DNA of 64,000 bases from Escherichia coli (GTDB taxonomy: Bacteria; Pseudomonadota; Gammaproteobacteria; Enterobacterales; Enterobacteriaceae), in the NCBI RefSeq assembly GCF_009931435.1, contig NZ_CP043414.1. One strand, 5' to 3'. Each line of letters begins with the position of its first letter. Positions within the stretch are counted from its first letter, which is position 1. Below, piece after piece: positions 1-12,395 of this stretch. The notes beneath the pieces were generated by a model. It saw only the letters and a program-made list of their open reading frames with translations. It was not told the DNA's origin and searched no databases. Both the position numbers and the translations under genes were made by a program.

Positions 1-648
1 CATTACTTCCCAGACGTTCGCCAGGTGCTGTTCCAGTTCTTCTTTGCTGTGCAGCGCCAGCTCGTTTTTCATCATCAGACCAGAGAGTGACAGCCCGGTC
101 TCCTGACAATGTTTTTGAAGATCGGCAGCGGAACTGTACGGATAAGGAACTTCAACCGGTGCGCTATCCTGCTGGCCAAAATGTTCTTCATCAACAATAA
201 AGCCACCGCCGATAGAGTAGTAAGTCTGGCTGTAAACGACTTTATCGCCCGCCAGCGCGGTAATGCGCATGCCGTTTTCATGCAGAGAAAGGTTATCGGC
301 ATGGAAGTTCATGCACTGATCAACCGGGAACTCCACTTCGTGCTGACCGTTTGCCAACATCAGGCGACCATGAGTATTCACATCCTGAATAAAACCAGGG
401 ATGGAATCGATATCCACGGTATCCGGCAGGTTACCCGCCAGACCCATAATTATGGCGATATCTGTGTGGTGGCCTTTACCGGTCAGAGAGAGCGAGCCGT
501 ACACGTCAACCACCACGCGGGTCACGTCTTTAAGCAGGTTACGGGCAATCAGATCGTCGGTAAATTGCTTACCCGCTTTCATTGGTCCAACGGTATGAGA
601 ACTGGAAGGGCCAATGCCGATTTTGAAAATATCGAATACGCTAATCAT
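1..648 (-). CDS. sdaB: L-serine dehydratase 2, N-terminal 216 codons (gene continues beyond window start)
   Basis: ATG at 648-646 on minus strand; translation MISVFDIFKIGIGPSSSHTVGPM... and the in-frame segment ...ALHSKEELEQHLANVWEVM at the window edge match the Fe-S L-serine dehydratase family; lies directly downstream of sdaC as in the sdaCB operon. Confidence 0.9.
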   Translation of the reverse strand, partial: MISVFDIFKIGIGPSSSHTVGPMKAGKQFTDDLIARNLLKDVTRVVVDVYGSLSLTGKGHHTDIAIIMGLAGNLPDTVDIDSIPGFIQDVNTHGRLMLANGQHEVEFPVDQCMNFHADNLSLHENGMRITALAGDKVVYSQTYYSIGGGFIVDEEHFGQQDSAPVEVPYPYSSAADLQKHCQETGLSLSGLMMKNELALHSKEELEQHLANVWEVM

Positions 649-705
649 AGGAAATACATCGCGTTAAAACGGAGGAAGCGCCGCCCGAAAGCGGCGCGAA
701 AGGAC

Positions 706-1995
706 TTAGCTGAACAGAGAGTAGAAGATTGCGGAGATTGCAATCAGACCCATCACGACAACGAATACGTTGCTGATGTGACCGCTGTATTTACGCATTG
801 CCGGTACTTTCTGAATTGCGTACATCGGCATCAGGAACAGGATCATCGCGATGATTGGGCCGCCCAGGGTTTCAATCATACCCAGGATGCTCGGGTTCAG
901 GGTGGCAACAATCCAGGTCGTTACCAGCATGAACAGCGCAGTGATACGGTTCAGCTTGTTGATTTCGATAGACTTACCTTTACCACGCAGAGATTTAATC
1001 ACCATACCGTTGAAGCCTTCACGTGCACCCAGGTAGTGGCCGAGGAAGGATTTGGTGATAGCGATAATCGCGATAATCGGAGCCATCCACGCGATAACCG
1101 GTGCGTTAAAGTGGTTAGCCAAGTAAGACAGAATCGAGATGTTCTGCTCTTTAGCCGCAGCCAGGTCTGCCGGAGTCAGGCTCAGTACGCAGCTGAATAC
1201 GAAGAACATTACGGTCAGCACCATCATGATGTGTGCGAATGCCAGGATCTTCGAGCATTTCTGTTCTGCCATATCGCCGTACTCTTCACGCTTCGCAACG
1301 GCGAAAGAAGAGATGATTGGAGAGTGGTTGAACGAGAACACCATGACCGGAATCGCCAGCCACAGGGTCATCCACAGACCGTTGCCGGTTGCCGATGCAG
1401 TGTCCAGAGACAGCGTTTCCAGTGCTGCGCCGTTCCACTGCGGGATCAGGTACAGAGCCAGCAGCATCAGTACACCAACAAACGGGAATACCAGAATACT
1501 CATCGCCTTCACGATCATCTGCTCACCGAAGCGAACAATGGTCATCATACCCACGATCAGGATCAGAGACAGAATCGCACGCGGCGGCGGCGTCATACCC
1601 AGCTGGTGAGACATGAAGCTTTCAACCGTGTTGGTGATTGCCACACTGTAAACCAGCAGGATCGGGTAGATAGCAAAGAAGTAGAGCAGGGTAATCAGTT
1701 TACCTGCACCAATACCAAAGTGTTCTTCTACAACCTCGGTGATGTCTTCGCCCGGGTTTTTACCAGACAGTACGAAGCGAGTCAGGCCGCGGTGAGCAAA
1801 AAACGTCATCGGGAACGCAAGGATAGCCATGATGATCAGCGGGATCATACCGCCAACACCGGCGTTGATTGGCAGGAACAGCACGCCCGCGCCGATTGCC
1901 GTGCCGTAAAGGCCCAGCATCCACATGGTGTCTGTCTTGCGCCATGCACTACGTGAGTCTTTCGACACAATCGTGCTGGTTTGAGTCGTTTCCAT
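706..1995 (-). CDS. sdaC: serine:H+ symporter SdaC (HAAAP family)
   Basis: ORF track 706..1998 begins with TTG; the ATG one codon downstream (1995-1993) gives [20 protein letters not shown]..., 429 aa, with AGGAGA RBS upstream; polytopic membrane protein. Confidence 0.93.
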   Translation of the reverse strand: METTQTSTIVSKDSRSAWRKTDTMWMLGLYGTAIGAGVLFLPINAGVGGMIPLIIMAILAFPMTFFAHRGLTRFVLSGKNPGEDITEVVEEHFGIGAGKLITLLYFFAIYPILLVYSVAITNTVESFMSHQLGMTPPPRAILSLILIVGMMTIVRFGEQMIVKAMSILVFPFVGVLMLLALYLIPQWNGAALETLSLDTASATGNGLWMTLWLAIPVMVFSFNHSPIISSFAVAKREEYGDMAEQKCSKILAFAHIMMVLTVMFFVFSCVLSLTPADLAAAKEQNISILSYLANHFNAPVIAWMAPIIAIIAITKSFLGHYLGAREGFNGMVIKSLRGKGKSIEINKLNRITALFMLVTTWIVATLNPSILGMIETLGGPIIAMILFLMPMYAIQKVPAMRKYSGHISNVFVVVMGLIAISAIFYSLFS

Positions 1996-2551
1996 CAATT
2001 TCTCCTGGAGGAATGCAAATAATTCAGCTTTTAGCCAGTTCAGCCCGGGAAGGTGCCTGACCGTAAAAATGAAATCTGTCTATCGGCGATGGCTTAATCA
2101 TTTTCCGCCGTAATAATTTGAGGGCGGAAAGATACACACAAGTTATGTATCTATCAGTGATCTTGATCTCAAATACAATAATCTACTTGGAAGATAGATA
2201 ATCTCAACGCTTTACTCTGTAAATCAAAAGTAAAAGAGAATTTAAGGGCAATATTTGCCCATTAAACGACATCTGACCTCTTCCGGGGCGCGCAATATAT
2301 GTAGGTTGAGCTGAAAAAATCAATACTTTTAGTGAATAATGGGGATAATTTATTTTTCATAGCGATAAAATGTGGTTTGTGAAAACAGGGAAACGTTTGC
2401 GTTGCAATATAAATTGTATGACATATTAACTGTGATGATATTTATCGCGTGAGGATGGTAAGAAACATTTATATAACAAATGAAATGAATTGATGAGTAA
2501 GTAACCAAAAACGAGAAAACCCGGCAACAAACGTCACCGGGGAAGGGGAGA

Positions 2552-3916
2552 TTACGTGCAGATTTCGTAGCAAGGGATGTAGGCTGAGCCTGGCAACTTC
2601 ATACGATGCTGGGCAACAAAACCCTGTAGCAGGTCGTCCATACGACGCATAATCTCTTTATCGCCGTTGATTTTGTAAGGACCAAACTCTTCAATGGCGC
2701 GAATACCGACTTCTTTTACGTTACCCGCCACAATACCGGAGAACGCACGACGCAGATCAGCGGCCAAAACTTCTACTGGCTGATCCGGATACAGTTTCAG
2801 ATTAGCCATGTTCTCGTGAGACGGCTCAAACGGCATTTGCAGATCGGGCGCAATGCGCATTGACCAGTTAAAGCTGTAGGCATCGCCCGTATCGCGACGG
2901 TTTTCTTTCACCAGCGGCATCGATTTTTTCATCTGACGAGCGACTTCAGCGGCGTCATCAATGATGATGCGATAATGGCGTCGCGCGTTTTCTCCCAGCG
3001 TATGCACGACAAACTCGTCCAGTACGCGGAAGTAGTCTGCGCTCTCTTTCGGGCCGGTGAGGATCAATGGTAAAACCTGATCTTTGTTGGCCGGGTTCAT
3101 TAAAATTCCCAGCAAATACAGCAACTCTTCTGCCGTACCCACACCGCCAGGGAAGATAATGATACCGTGAGCGATACGGACAAACGCTTCCAGACGTTTT
3201 TCGATATCTGGCATGATGATCAATTCGTTGACCAGCGGGTTAGGCGGTTCAGCGGCGATAATCGACGGCTCTGTCATACCAATAAAACGACTGTCTTTGT
3301 AACGCTGCTGTGCGTGTCCGACCGCAGCACCTTTCATCGGCGCTTCCATCGCTCCCGGACCACAGCCGGTGCAGATATTCAGCTCACGCAGGCCCAGCTG
3401 ATTCCCGACGCGACGGGCATACAAATACTCGTTTTCGTTAATTGAGTGCCCGCCCCAGCAGACCACCATATTTGGCGCTTCACCGACATGCAGTGCGCGA
3501 GCGTTACGCAAGATGGAAAAGACCAGGTTAGTGATGTGGACGGAGTTGTCGAGATTCAGGTTGGGAAAACGAACGGTGTTATGGATTTGCCCGTAAACGA
3601 AGAGAATGTCACGCAGAACCGCGAACAAGTTGGCCTGCAAAGCGCGGATAATACGCCCATCGACAAAAGCTTCTTCCGGGGGATTAATCAGTTCCAGCTT
3701 TACGCCGCGTTCACGGCGCAGGACGTTAATATCGAAATTTTCAAAACGAGACAGCAATTCTTTGCTGTTATCGGTCAAACTACCGGAGTTCAGTACGGCA
3801 AGTGAACAGTTGCGAAACAGTTGATAGAGGTCGCTGCTGGCGGTGCGTTTAAGCATATCCACTTCCAGCTGCGACAACATATCCATGGAGCCAAGCGGGC
3901 TAATATGTGTAATCAA
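2552..3916 (-). CDS. ppnN: pyrimidine/purine nucleotide 5'-monophosphate nucleosidase (LOG-family, YgdH)
   Basis: 454-aa [28 protein letters not shown]..., recognised as the YgdH/PpnN family. Confidence 0.9.
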
Positions 3917-4027
3917 GAAAAACTCCTTATGGGACGAATATCGTCATTCCCTTTGATTACAATAGCCCTGCCTGATGACCTTTCACAACCTTCTGCGTGA
4001 ATCCAGCACGCAAAATTGAGAAAAAAT

Positions 4028-4876
4028 TTATTGCCGAACCAGTCTTGTGGTCGATGGGACAAAATCGCTATTACTGCGCCACGGGTTAATGTCCAGACCG
4101 CCACGACGGGTATAACGTGCGTAAACGCTCAATTTCTCTGGCTGGCAGAAGCGTAACAGGTCATTAAAGATGCGTTCCACGCACTGTTCGTGGAACTCGT
4201 TGTGATGACGGAATGAGACCAGGTAACGCAGCAGTTTTTCTCTGTCAATTTGGCGTCCACGATACTGAATTTGGATCGAACCCCAATCTGGTTGATGGGT
4301 GATCAGGCAGTTTGATTTCAGCAGGTGGCTGACGAGCGTCTCTTCTACTACTTTTTCACCACTGGTGGCATTCTCAAGATAGTCAGTAGTGAATTCATAG
4401 TTATCGATAGTGATATCCTGGTCATCAATGCAGGTGCCATTGAAATGACCTATCGGCTGGCCTTCCAGTTCATCAAGACGATATAACGCCACGCTAACCT
4501 TACCCTGAGCGCAAGTGCTTAAGTCGCGCTCCAGCGTCTGGCGCACCTCATCCCAGTTATTAAAACGCGTCTGGTTAAAACTGTTGAGATAAAGCTTAAA
4601 ACTCTTCGACTCAATCAGATTTACGCTGGTGTAATCAAGTTCAACATGACCGACAGCGACCTGCGGCAAACCTTTCGCATTCAGCCAGGAAAGTTCATAC
4701 AGCGTCCAGATATCCGTACCGTGAAAAGGCAGGTTATCCGCTTTCAGACCCAGCGGGTCGCGATTCAGGCTGCGTGGAACGCCTTGCAGTAGGCTAGCGT
4801 CATAGGTATCCCGGTAATCGGTTGATTTTCCAAGAGTCAGGCCCGCAAGTGCCTGATGGTTTGCATAAGAAGACAT
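4028..4876 (-). CDS. queF: NADPH-dependent 7-cyano-7-deazaguanine reductase
   Basis: 282-aa [26 protein letters not shown]..., ATG at 4876-4874; two-domain QueF type. Confidence 0.93.
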   Translation of the reverse strand: MSSYANHQALAGLTLGKSTDYRDTYDASLLQGVPRSLNRDPLGLKADNLPFHGTDIWTLYELSWLNAKGLPQVAVGHVELDYTSVNLIESKSFKLYLNSFNQTRFNNWDEVRQTLERDLSTCAQGKVSVALYRLDELEGQPIGHFNGTCIDDQDITIDNYEFTTDYLENATSGEKVVEETLVSHLLKSNCLITHQPDWGSIQIQYRGRQIDREKLLRYLVSFRHHNEFHEQCVERIFNDLLRFCQPEKLSVYARYTRRGGLDINPWRSNSDFVPSTTRLVRQ

Positions 4877-4943
4877 GTTTCACCGTCATAAACCAGATAA
4901 ACTAAACGACAAGTGTATCTGGTTTAAGTGAAGAGAGAAATTA

Positions 4944-5489
4944 GTGGACGATTTGACCGCACAAGCCCTGAAAGATTTTACTGCACGCTACTGCGATGCG
5001 TGGCATGAAGAGCATAAAAGCTGGCCGTTAAGTGAGGAACTGTACGGCGTTCCTTCACCGTGCATTATTTCAACCACCGAAGACGCTGTATACTGGCAAC
5101 CCCAGCCGTTTACCGGTGAACAAAATGTAAACGCGGTTGAACGTGCTTTTGATATTGTGATACAACCCACGGTTCATACTTTTTACACGACCCAGTTTGC
5201 CGGGGATATGCACGCGCAGTTTGGCGATATCAAACTGACATTGCTGCAAACCTGGAGTGAAGACGACTTCCGTCGGGTGCAGGAAAATCTGATTGGTCAT
5301 CTGGTGACTCAGAAAAGGCTAAAACTGCCGCCCACGCTATTTATCGCAACGCTGGAAGAAGAGTTAGAGGTCATCTCGGTGTGTAATCTCTCCGGTGAAG
5401 TGTGCAAAGAGACGCTGGGAACACGCAAACGGACGCATTTAGCCTCAAATCTTGCGGAATTCCTTAATCAACTTAAGCCTCTTCTGTAA
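4944..5489 (+). CDS. syd: SecY-interacting protein Syd
   Basis: 181-aa [46 protein letters not shown]...; GTG start at 4944. Confidence 0.9.
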   Translation: MDDLTAQALKDFTARYCDAWHEEHKSWPLSEELYGVPSPCIISTTEDAVYWQPQPFTGEQNVNAVERAFDIVIQPTVHTFYTTQFAGDMHAQFGDIKLTLLQTWSEDDFRRVQENLIGHLVTQKRLKLPPTLFIATLEEELEVISVCNLSGEVCKETLGTRKRTHLASNLAEFLNQLKPLL

Positions 5490-5699
5490 TCCAAATACCC
5501 CATCTTGTTGTGAGAGATCTCTTACAGACTCTGTAGGAGATCGCCAGGAAATAAGCGAATACTTAAAAAGATAAGAATCGTTATTTTCATTTAAAATCAA
5601 TATATTGCTTGTTAATTCTTAACTTTCATATGAAATTTTCCTTAAGGCATTGTCTGTAAGCGCCTTGTAAGACTTCGCGAAAAAGACGATTCTATCTTC

Positions 5700-6066
5700 G
5701 TCGACAGGGAGTCAGACAACGAAGTGAACATCAGGATGATGACACTTCTGAAGGACACACCAGGAGGGTGTTTCAGGGAAAGGCTTCTGGATGAAGCGAA
5801 GAGGATGACGCAGGACGCGTTAAAGGACACCTCCAGGATGGAGAATGAGAACCGGTCAGGATGATTCGGTGGGTCAGGAAGGCCAAGGACACTTCAGGAT
5901 GAAGTATCATATCGGGGTGGTGTGAGCAGGAAGCAATAGTTCAGGATGAACGATTGGCCGCAAGGCCAGAGGAAAAGTTGTCAAGGATGAGCAGGGAGCA
6001 ACAAAAGTAGCTGGAATGCTGCGAAACGAACCGGGAGCACTGTGAATACAGTGCTCCCTTTTTTTA
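5700..6066 (+). ncRNA. csrB: CsrB small RNA (CsrA-sequestering)
   Basis: Starts GTCGACAGGGAGTCAGACAACGAAGTGAACATCAGGATGATGAC...; about 18-20 reiterated CAGGA(U/A)G / AGGA motifs across about 360 nt; ends in hairpin GGGAGCACTGTGAATACAGTGCTCCC plus T8 (6031-6066); no long ORF in the region. Confidence 0.93.
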
Positions 6067-6110
6067 TTCCTGCTATCCTTCGCGGCAGTTTTTCTTATTG
6101 AGGTTGCTTT

Positions 6111-6440
6111 ATGACCACTCATGACCGCGTTCGTCTCCAGTTGCAGGCGCTTGAAGCGTTACTGCGTGAACATCAGCACTGGCGAAACGATGAACCCCAG
6201 CCGCATCAATTTAACAGTACCCAACCGTTCTTTATGGACACCATGGAACCACTGGAGTGGTTGCAGTGGGGGCTGATCCCGCGAATGCACGATTTGTTAG
6301 ATAATAACCAGCCATTACCGGGCGCTTTTGCTGTTGCACCCTATTATGAAATGGCGCTGGCGACGGACCATCCGCAACGCGCGCTTATTCTGGCTGAGCT
6401 GGAAAAACTGGATGCTCTTTTTGCGGATGATGCGAGCTGA
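6111..6440 (+). CDS. yqcC: DUF446-family protein YqcC
   Basis: 109-aa ORF MTTHDRVRLQLQALEALLREHQHW...; GAGG RBS at 6100-6103; stop overlaps the truC start. Confidence 0.85.
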   Translation: MTTHDRVRLQLQALEALLREHQHWRNDEPQPHQFNSTQPFFMDTMEPLEWLQWGLIPRMHDLLDNNQPLPGAFAVAPYYEMALATDHPQRALILAELEKLDALFADDAS

Positions 6441-7222
6441 TGCTGGAAATAATCTACCAGGATGAATGGCTGGTTGCGGTAAATAAACCCTCCGGCTGGC
6501 TGGTTCACCGCAGCTGGCTGGATCGCGACGAGAAAGTAGTGGTCATGCAAACCGTGCGTGACCAGATTGGTCAGCATGTATTTACCGCGCATCGGCTGGA
6601 TCGACCGACGTCCGGCGTATTGCTGATGGGACTATCCAGCGAGGCCGGACGGCTGTTGGCACAACAGTTTGAACAGCACCAAATCCAGAAACGTTACCAT
6701 GCGATTGTGCGCGGCTGGCTGATGGAAGAGGCTGTGCTGGATTATCCGCTGGTGGAAGAACTGGACAAAATCGCTGATAAATTCGTCCGCGAAGATAAAG
6801 GTCCACAGCCAGCGGTGACACATTATCGCGGTCTGGCGACCGTAGAAATGCCTGTAGCGACCGGACGTTACCCGACTACGCGCTACGGTCTGGTGGAACT
6901 GGAGCCGAAAACAGGACGCAAGCATCAGCTCCGTCGCCATCTTGCCCACTTGCGCCATCCGATTATTGGCGACAGCAAACATGGTGATTTACGTCAAAAT
7001 CGTAGCGGTGCTGAACATTTTGGCCTTCAGCGGTTAATGCTGCATGCCAGTCAGTTGTCATTGACACATCCTTTTACTGGCGAGCCGTTGACTATTCACG
7101 CGGGCCTGGACGGCACCTGGATGCAGGCGTTATCACAATTTGGCTGGCGGGGTCTGCTTCCTGAAAATGAAAGGGTTGAGTTCAGTGCGCCATCGGGTCA
7201 GGATGGAGAGATAAGTTCCTAA
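6440..7222 (+). CDS. truC: tRNA pseudouridine(65) synthase
   Basis: 260-aa [27 protein letters not shown]... with RluA-family pseudouridine synthase motifs (HRLDRPTSG); start overlaps yqcC stop (TGATG). Confidence 0.92.
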   Translation: MLEIIYQDEWLVAVNKPSGWLVHRSWLDRDEKVVVMQTVRDQIGQHVFTAHRLDRPTSGVLLMGLSSEAGRLLAQQFEQHQIQKRYHAIVRGWLMEEAVLDYPLVEELDKIADKFVREDKGPQPAVTHYRGLATVEMPVATGRYPTTRYGLVELEPKTGRKHQLRRHLAHLRHPIIGDSKHGDLRQNRSGAEHFGLQRLMLHASQLSLTHPFTGEPLTIHAGLDGTWMQALSQFGWRGLLPENERVEFSAPSGQDGEISS

Positions 7223-7239
7223 TCCAGGGAGAAAACGGT

Positions 7240-7689
7240 ATGGCGGAAATTGGTATTTTTGTGGGCACAATGTACGGAAATTCGCTGTTAGTGGCGGAAG
7301 AAGCGGAAGCAATTCTGACCGCGCAGGGCCACAAAGCAACGGTATTTGAAGATCCTGAATTAAGCGACTGGCTGCCCTATCAGGATAAGTATGTTCTGGT
7401 GGTTACGTCCACGACCGGGCAGGGCGACCTTCCTGATAGCATTGTGCCGCTCTTTCAGGGAATTAAAGATACCCTGGGCTTCCAGCCGAATCTGCGTTAT
7501 GGCGTGATTGCGCTCGGCGACAGTAGTTATGTGAATTTCTGCAATGGCGGCAAACAGTTCGATGCCTTGTTGCAGGAACAGAGTGCGCAGCGGATAGGGG
7601 AAATGCTGCTGATTGACGCCAGTGATAACCCGGAACCGGAAACGGAATCAAATCCGTGGGTCGAACAGTGGGGCACGCTGTTGTCCTGA
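7240..7689 (+). CDS. yqcA: flavodoxin-like FMN protein YqcA
   Basis: 149-aa [26 protein letters not shown]... (flavodoxin fold signature). Confidence 0.88.
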   Translation: MAEIGIFVGTMYGNSLLVAEEAEAILTAQGHKATVFEDPELSDWLPYQDKYVLVVTSTTGQGDLPDSIVPLFQGIKDTLGFQPNLRYGVIALGDSSYVNFCNGGKQFDALLQEQSAQRIGEMLLIDASDNPEPETESNPWVEQWGTLLS

Positions 7690-8108
7690 AAAATTGCCGT
7701 TTTAAGCAAACTGAATCGAATCTTTTCAGGCAAATGCCAGTAAAAACTGCTTCATAGCGCGGATTTTTACTGGCGTTTGCCTGGAGTCAAGCGATCCATT
7801 TCATACTCTTCTTTATTTCTTCGTTTTAATCCTTCCTTTCTTGTTCTTGTTTTCATTTCCGTGAAGTGGATTCCACCGTCCAGGGCTAATGCCAAAATCG
7901 GGCCTCATTGAACGCATTAATGTTGTGTTGTTGCACGGTGAGCCGCTATGGCGCGCTTTTTATACTGCTATTGCCAGATATAAACACGCGCCGTATTCGG
8001 CGAACGACCTATAAAAACGGCAAAAAACACCCTACGTCACCTCTGATTTCCTGGCGATGTCGCAGTCCAGAGTGAGCGTGGCTAACGCGAATTTTCAGGA
8101 GTGCAACA

Positions 8109-9461
8109 ATGAGTTCTTTAAGTCAGGCTGCGAGCAGTGTGGAAAAACGCACGAATGCTCGTTACTGGATAGTGGTGATGTTGTTTATCGTCACATCCTT
8201 CAACTACGGCGACCGCGCTACGCTCTCTATCGCCGGTTCGGAAATGGCCAAAGATATCGGCCTTGATCCTGTGGGAATGGGCTATGTGTTCTCTGCTTTC
8301 TCATGGGCTTATGTTATCGGGCAGATCCCTGGTGGCTGGTTGCTGGACCGTTTTGGTTCAAAACGCGTCTACTTCTGGTCGATCTTTATCTGGTCGATGT
8401 TTACCTTGCTGCAAGGCTTCGTCGATATCTTTAGTGGATTCGGCATTATCGTTGCCCTGTTTACGCTGCGCTTCCTGGTCGGGCTTGCTGAAGCGCCATC
8501 TTTCCCCGGTAACAGTCGCATTGTAGCGGCCTGGTTTCCGGCGCAGGAAAGGGGAACTGCAGTGTCTATTTTTAACTCCGCCCAATACTTCGCAACGGTG
8601 ATCTTCGCGCCGATTATGGGCTGGCTGACTCATGAAGTGGGTTGGTCACATGTCTTCTTCTTCATGGGCGGTCTGGGCATTGTCATCAGCTTTATCTGGT
8701 TGAAAGTCATCCATGAGCCAAATCAACATCCGGGCGTAAATCAGAAAGAGCTGGAGTACATCGCCGCGGGTGGTGCGCTGATCAATATGGATCAGCAAAA
8801 TACCAAAGTTAAAGTGTCGTTCAGCGTGAAGTGGGGGCAGATCAAACAGCTGCTCGGGTCACGGATGATGATCGGCGTTTATATCGGTCAGTACTGTATC
8901 AACGCCCTGACTTACTTCTTCATTACCTGGTTTCCGGTTTATCTGGTGCAGGCACGCGGGATGTCGATTCTGAAAGCGGGCTTTGTGGCTTCCGTACCGG
9001 CGGTTTGCGGTTTTATCGGCGGCGTGTTGGGGGGGATTATTTCAGACTGGCTGATGCGCCGCACAGGTTCGCTGAACATTGCGCGTAAAACACCGATCGT
9101 GATGGGCATGTTGCTATCAATGGTGATGGTGTTCTGTAACTACGTCAACGTTGAGTGGATGATCATCGGCTTTATGGCGCTGGCCTTCTTCGGTAAGGGC
9201 ATTGGGGCGCTGGGTTGGGCAGTAATGGCAGATACCGCGCCAAAAGAGATCAGCGGTCTTTCCGGTGGCCTGTTCAATATGTTTGGTAACATTTCCGGTA
9301 TCGTCACGCCAATCGCAATTGGTTATATCGTTGGCACGACTGGCTCCTTTAATGGGGCGCTGATTTATGTTGGTGTTCATGCCCTAATCGCGGTACTGAG
9401 CTACCTGGTGCTGGTGGGCGATATCAAGCGTATCGAGCTGAAACCTGTCGCGGGGCAATAA
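8109..9461 (+). CDS. gudP: glucarate/galactarate MFS transporter
   Basis: 450-aa [27 protein letters not shown]..., 12-TM MFS profile; CAGGAG RBS at 8096-8101. Confidence 0.92.
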   Translation: MSSLSQAASSVEKRTNARYWIVVMLFIVTSFNYGDRATLSIAGSEMAKDIGLDPVGMGYVFSAFSWAYVIGQIPGGWLLDRFGSKRVYFWSIFIWSMFTLLQGFVDIFSGFGIIVALFTLRFLVGLAEAPSFPGNSRIVAAWFPAQERGTAVSIFNSAQYFATVIFAPIMGWLTHEVGWSHVFFFMGGLGIVISFIWLKVIHEPNQHPGVNQKELEYIAAGGALINMDQQNTKVKVSFSVKWGQIKQLLGSRMMIGVYIGQYCINALTYFFITWFPVYLVQARGMSILKAGFVASVPAVCGFIGGVLGGIISDWLMRRTGSLNIARKTPIVMGMLLSMVMVFCNYVNVEWMIIGFMALAFFGKGIGALGWAVMADTAPKEISGLSGGLFNMFGNISGIVTPIAIGYIVGTTGSFNGALIYVGVHALIAVLSYLVLVGDIKRIELKPVAGQ

Positions 9462-9462
9462 G

Positions 9463-10803
9463 ATGACGACACAATCCAGTCCTGTTATTACTGATATGAA
9501 GGTTATTCCGGTCGCCGGGCACGACAGCATGTTGCTTAATATTGGTGGTGCACATAACGCATATTTCACCCGCAATATTGTGGTACTCACCGATAACGCC
9601 GGGCATACCGGTATTGGTGAAGCGCCCGGCGGAGAGGTGATTTATCAAACACTGGTCGATGCTATTCCGATGGTGCTGGGCCAGGAGATCGCACGACTGA
9701 ATAAAGTGGTTCAGCAGGTGCATAAAGGTAATCAGGCAGCCGATTTTGATACCTTCGGCAAAGGTGCCTGGACTTTTGAATTGCGCGTTAATGCCGTGGC
9801 GGCGCTGGAAGCTGCCTTGCTTGACCTGCTAGGTAAGGCGCTGAATGTTCCGGTCTGCGAACTGTTAGGGCCAGGCAAGCAACGCGATGCTATTACTGTC
9901 CTTGGTTATCTGTTTTATATCGGTGATCGGACCAAAACCGATCTTCCTTATCTGGAAAATACGCCGGGCAACCATGAGTGGTATCAATTGCGGCATCAGA
10001 AAGCGATGAACAGCGAAGCCGTTGTGCGTCTGGCGGAAGCTTCACAGGATCGCTATGGCTTTAAAGATTTCAAACTTAAGGGCGGAGTGTTACCTGGCGA
10101 GCAAGAAATCGACACTGTTCGTGCATTGAAGAAACGCTTCCCGGATGCGCGAATTACCGTTGATCCCAACGGTGCATGGCTGCTTGATGAAGCCATTTCT
10201 CTGTGCAAAGGGCTGAATGATGTTCTCACCTATGCCGAAGACCCGTGCGGCGCTGAGCAGGGTTTCTCCGGACGTGAAGTGATGGCGGAGTTTCGACGGG
10301 CGACCGGCTTGCCCGTCGCGACTAACATGATCGCCACCAACTGGCGCGAAATGGGCCATGCGGTGATGCTCAATGCGGTAGATATTCCACTTGCCGATCC
10401 GCATTTCTGGACGCTTTCCGGTGCAGTCCGCGTGGCGCAACTTTGCGACGACTGGGGGCTGACCTGGGGCTGCCATTCTAATAACCACTTTGATATCTCT
10501 CTGGCGATGTTTACCCATGTGGGCGCGGCGGCACCGGGTAATCCTACCGCTATCGATACCCACTGGATTTGGCAGGAGGGCGATTGTCGTCTGACCAAAA
10601 ATCCGCTGGAGATTAAAAACGGAAAAATTGCCGTTCCTGATGCGCCCGGTCTGGGCGTGGAACTGGACTGGGAACAGGTACAAAAGGCACATGAGGCCTA
10701 TAAACGTCTGCCTGGCGGTGCGCGTAACGACGCAGGCCCGATGCAATACCTGATCCCCGGCTGGACCTTTGACCGTAAACGTCCCGTTTTCGGCCGTCAT
10801 TGA
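9463..10803 (+). CDS. gudX: glucarate dehydratase-related protein (enolase superfamily paralogue)
   Basis: 446-aa [34 protein letters not shown]...; tandem paralogue of the following gudD. Confidence 0.9.
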   Translation: MTTQSSPVITDMKVIPVAGHDSMLLNIGGAHNAYFTRNIVVLTDNAGHTGIGEAPGGEVIYQTLVDAIPMVLGQEIARLNKVVQQVHKGNQAADFDTFGKGAWTFELRVNAVAALEAALLDLLGKALNVPVCELLGPGKQRDAITVLGYLFYIGDRTKTDLPYLENTPGNHEWYQLRHQKAMNSEAVVRLAEASQDRYGFKDFKLKGGVLPGEQEIDTVRALKKRFPDARITVDPNGAWLLDEAISLCKGLNDVLTYAEDPCGAEQGFSGREVMAEFRRATGLPVATNMIATNWREMGHAVMLNAVDIPLADPHFWTLSGAVRVAQLCDDWGLTWGCHSNNHFDISLAMFTHVGAAAPGNPTAIDTHWIWQEGDCRLTKNPLEIKNGKIAVPDAPGLGVELDWEQVQKAHEAYKRLPGGARNDAGPMQYLIPGWTFDRKRPVFGRH

Positions 10804-10823
10804 TTTTGAAAAAGGACATAGAT

Positions 10824-12164
10824 ATGAGTTTTCAATTTACGACGCCTGTTGTTACTGAAATGCAGGTCATCCCGGTGGCGGGCCATGACAGTATGCTGAT
10901 GAATCTGAGTGGTGCACACGCACCGTTCTTCACGCGTAATATTTTGATTATCAAAGATAATTCTGGTCACACTGGCGTAGGGGAAATTCCCGGCGGCGAG
11001 AAAATCCGTAAAACGCTGGAAGATGCAATTCCGCTGGTGGTGGGTAAAACGCTGGGTGAATACAAAAACGTTCTGACGCTGGTGCGTAATACATTTGCCG
11101 ATCGTGATGCCGGCGGGCGCGGTTTGCAGACATTTGATTTGCGGACCACTATTCATGTGGTTACTGGGATAGAAGCGGCAATGCTGGATCTGCTGGGGCA
11201 GCATCTGGGGGTTAACGTGGCATCGCTGCTGGGCGATGGTCAACAGCGTAGCGAAGTCGAAATGCTCGGTTATCTGTTCTTCGTCGGTAATCGCAAAGCC
11301 ACACCGCTGCCGTATCAAAGCCAGCCGGATGACTCATGCGACTGGTATCGCCTGCGTCACGAAGAAGCGATGACGCCGGATGCGGTGGTGCGCCTGGCGG
11401 AAGCGGCATATGAAAAATATGGCTTCAACGATTTCAAACTGAAGGGCGGTGTACTGGCCGGAGAAGAAGAAGCCGAATCTATTGTGGCACTGGCGCAACG
11501 CTTCCCGCAGGCGCGTATTACCCTCGATCCTAACGGTGCCTGGTCGCTGAACGAAGCGATTAAAATCGGTAAATACCTGAAAGGTTCGCTGGCTTATGCA
11601 GAAGATCCGTGTGGTGCGGAGCAAGGTTTCTCCGGGCGTGAAGTGATGGCAGAGTTCCGTCGCGCGACTGGCCTGCCGACCGCAACCAATATGATCGCCA
11701 CCGACTGGCGGCAGATGGGCCATACGCTCTCGTTACAATCCGTTGATATCCCGCTGGCGGATCCGCATTTCTGGACGATGCAAGGTTCGGTACGTGTGGC
11801 GCAAATGTGCCATGAATTTGGCCTGACCTGGGGGTCACACTCTAACAACCACTTCGATATTTCCCTGGCGATGTTTACCCATGTAGCCGCTGCTGCACCG
11901 GGTAAAATTACTGCTATTGATACGCACTGGATCTGGCAGGAAGGCAATCAGCGTCTGACCAAAGAACCGTTTGAGATCAAAGGCGGGCTGGTACAGGTGC
12001 CGCAAAAACCAGGATTGGGCGTAGAAATCGATATGGATCAGGTGATGAAAGCCCACGAGCTGTATCAGAAACACGGGCTTGGCGCGCGTGACGATGCAAT
12101 GGGAATGCAGTATCTGATTCCTGGCTGGACGTTCGATAACAAGCGTCCGTGCATGGTGCGTTAA
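10824..12164 (+). CDS. gudD: D-glucarate dehydratase
   Basis: ORF track starts at 10800; the ATG at 10824 gives [39 protein letters not shown]..., the expected enolase-superfamily N-terminus. Confidence 0.92.
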   Translation: MSFQFTTPVVTEMQVIPVAGHDSMLMNLSGAHAPFFTRNILIIKDNSGHTGVGEIPGGEKIRKTLEDAIPLVVGKTLGEYKNVLTLVRNTFADRDAGGRGLQTFDLRTTIHVVTGIEAAMLDLLGQHLGVNVASLLGDGQQRSEVEMLGYLFFVGNRKATPLPYQSQPDDSCDWYRLRHEEAMTPDAVVRLAEAAYEKYGFNDFKLKGGVLAGEEEAESIVALAQRFPQARITLDPNGAWSLNEAIKIGKYLKGSLAYAEDPCGAEQGFSGREVMAEFRRATGLPTATNMIATDWRQMGHTLSLQSVDIPLADPHFWTMQGSVRVAQMCHEFGLTWGSHSNNHFDISLAMFTHVAAAAPGKITAIDTHWIWQEGNQRLTKEPFEIKGGLVQVPQKPGLGVEIDMDQVMKAHELYQKHGLGARDDAMGMQYLIPGWTFDNKRPCMVR

Positions 12165-12199
12165 GACAGAAAACCAAAACCGGCTCTGTCAGGAGCCGG

Positions 12200-12335
12200 G
12201 TTGAGTCTGATGCCAAACGCAAAATTGCTTGTTGCGCTACGTATCAGGCCTACATTATTTTTTTAATTCATTGAATTTAATTGGTGTTTATGCCGGATAA
12301 GGCGTTAACGCCGCATCCGGCATAAACACAGGCAC
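12200..12335. repeat. REP/BIME-like palindromic units in the convergent gudD-barA intergenic region
   Basis: GCGCTACGTATCAGGCCTACA and the imperfect palindrome GCCGGATAAGGCGTTAACGCCGCATCCGGC match the REP consensus style. Confidence 0.6.
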
Positions 12336-12395
12336 CTTGTCACCAGTCTGAAACCAGCGTTATAAAAAGCCGATTGCTACTCGACAAGACGTCCA

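Noticed and set aside
109-1956. 615-aa plus-strand ORF
   Set aside because: Lies entirely antisense to sdaB/sdaC; the translation is low-complexity and His/Arg/Gln-rich, typical of a shadow ORF opposite a well-conserved gene
2504-2545. Possible ppnN terminator (CCCGG...CCGGG stem with downstream U-rich tract on the minus strand)
   Set aside because: Stem is only 5 bp with a 12-nt loop; too weak to call as a feature
10090-10800. 236-aa minus-strand ORF (and the similar 11334..11947 ORFs)
   Set aside because: Antisense to gudX/gudD; the two shadow ORFs are similar to each other only because the sense genes are paralogues
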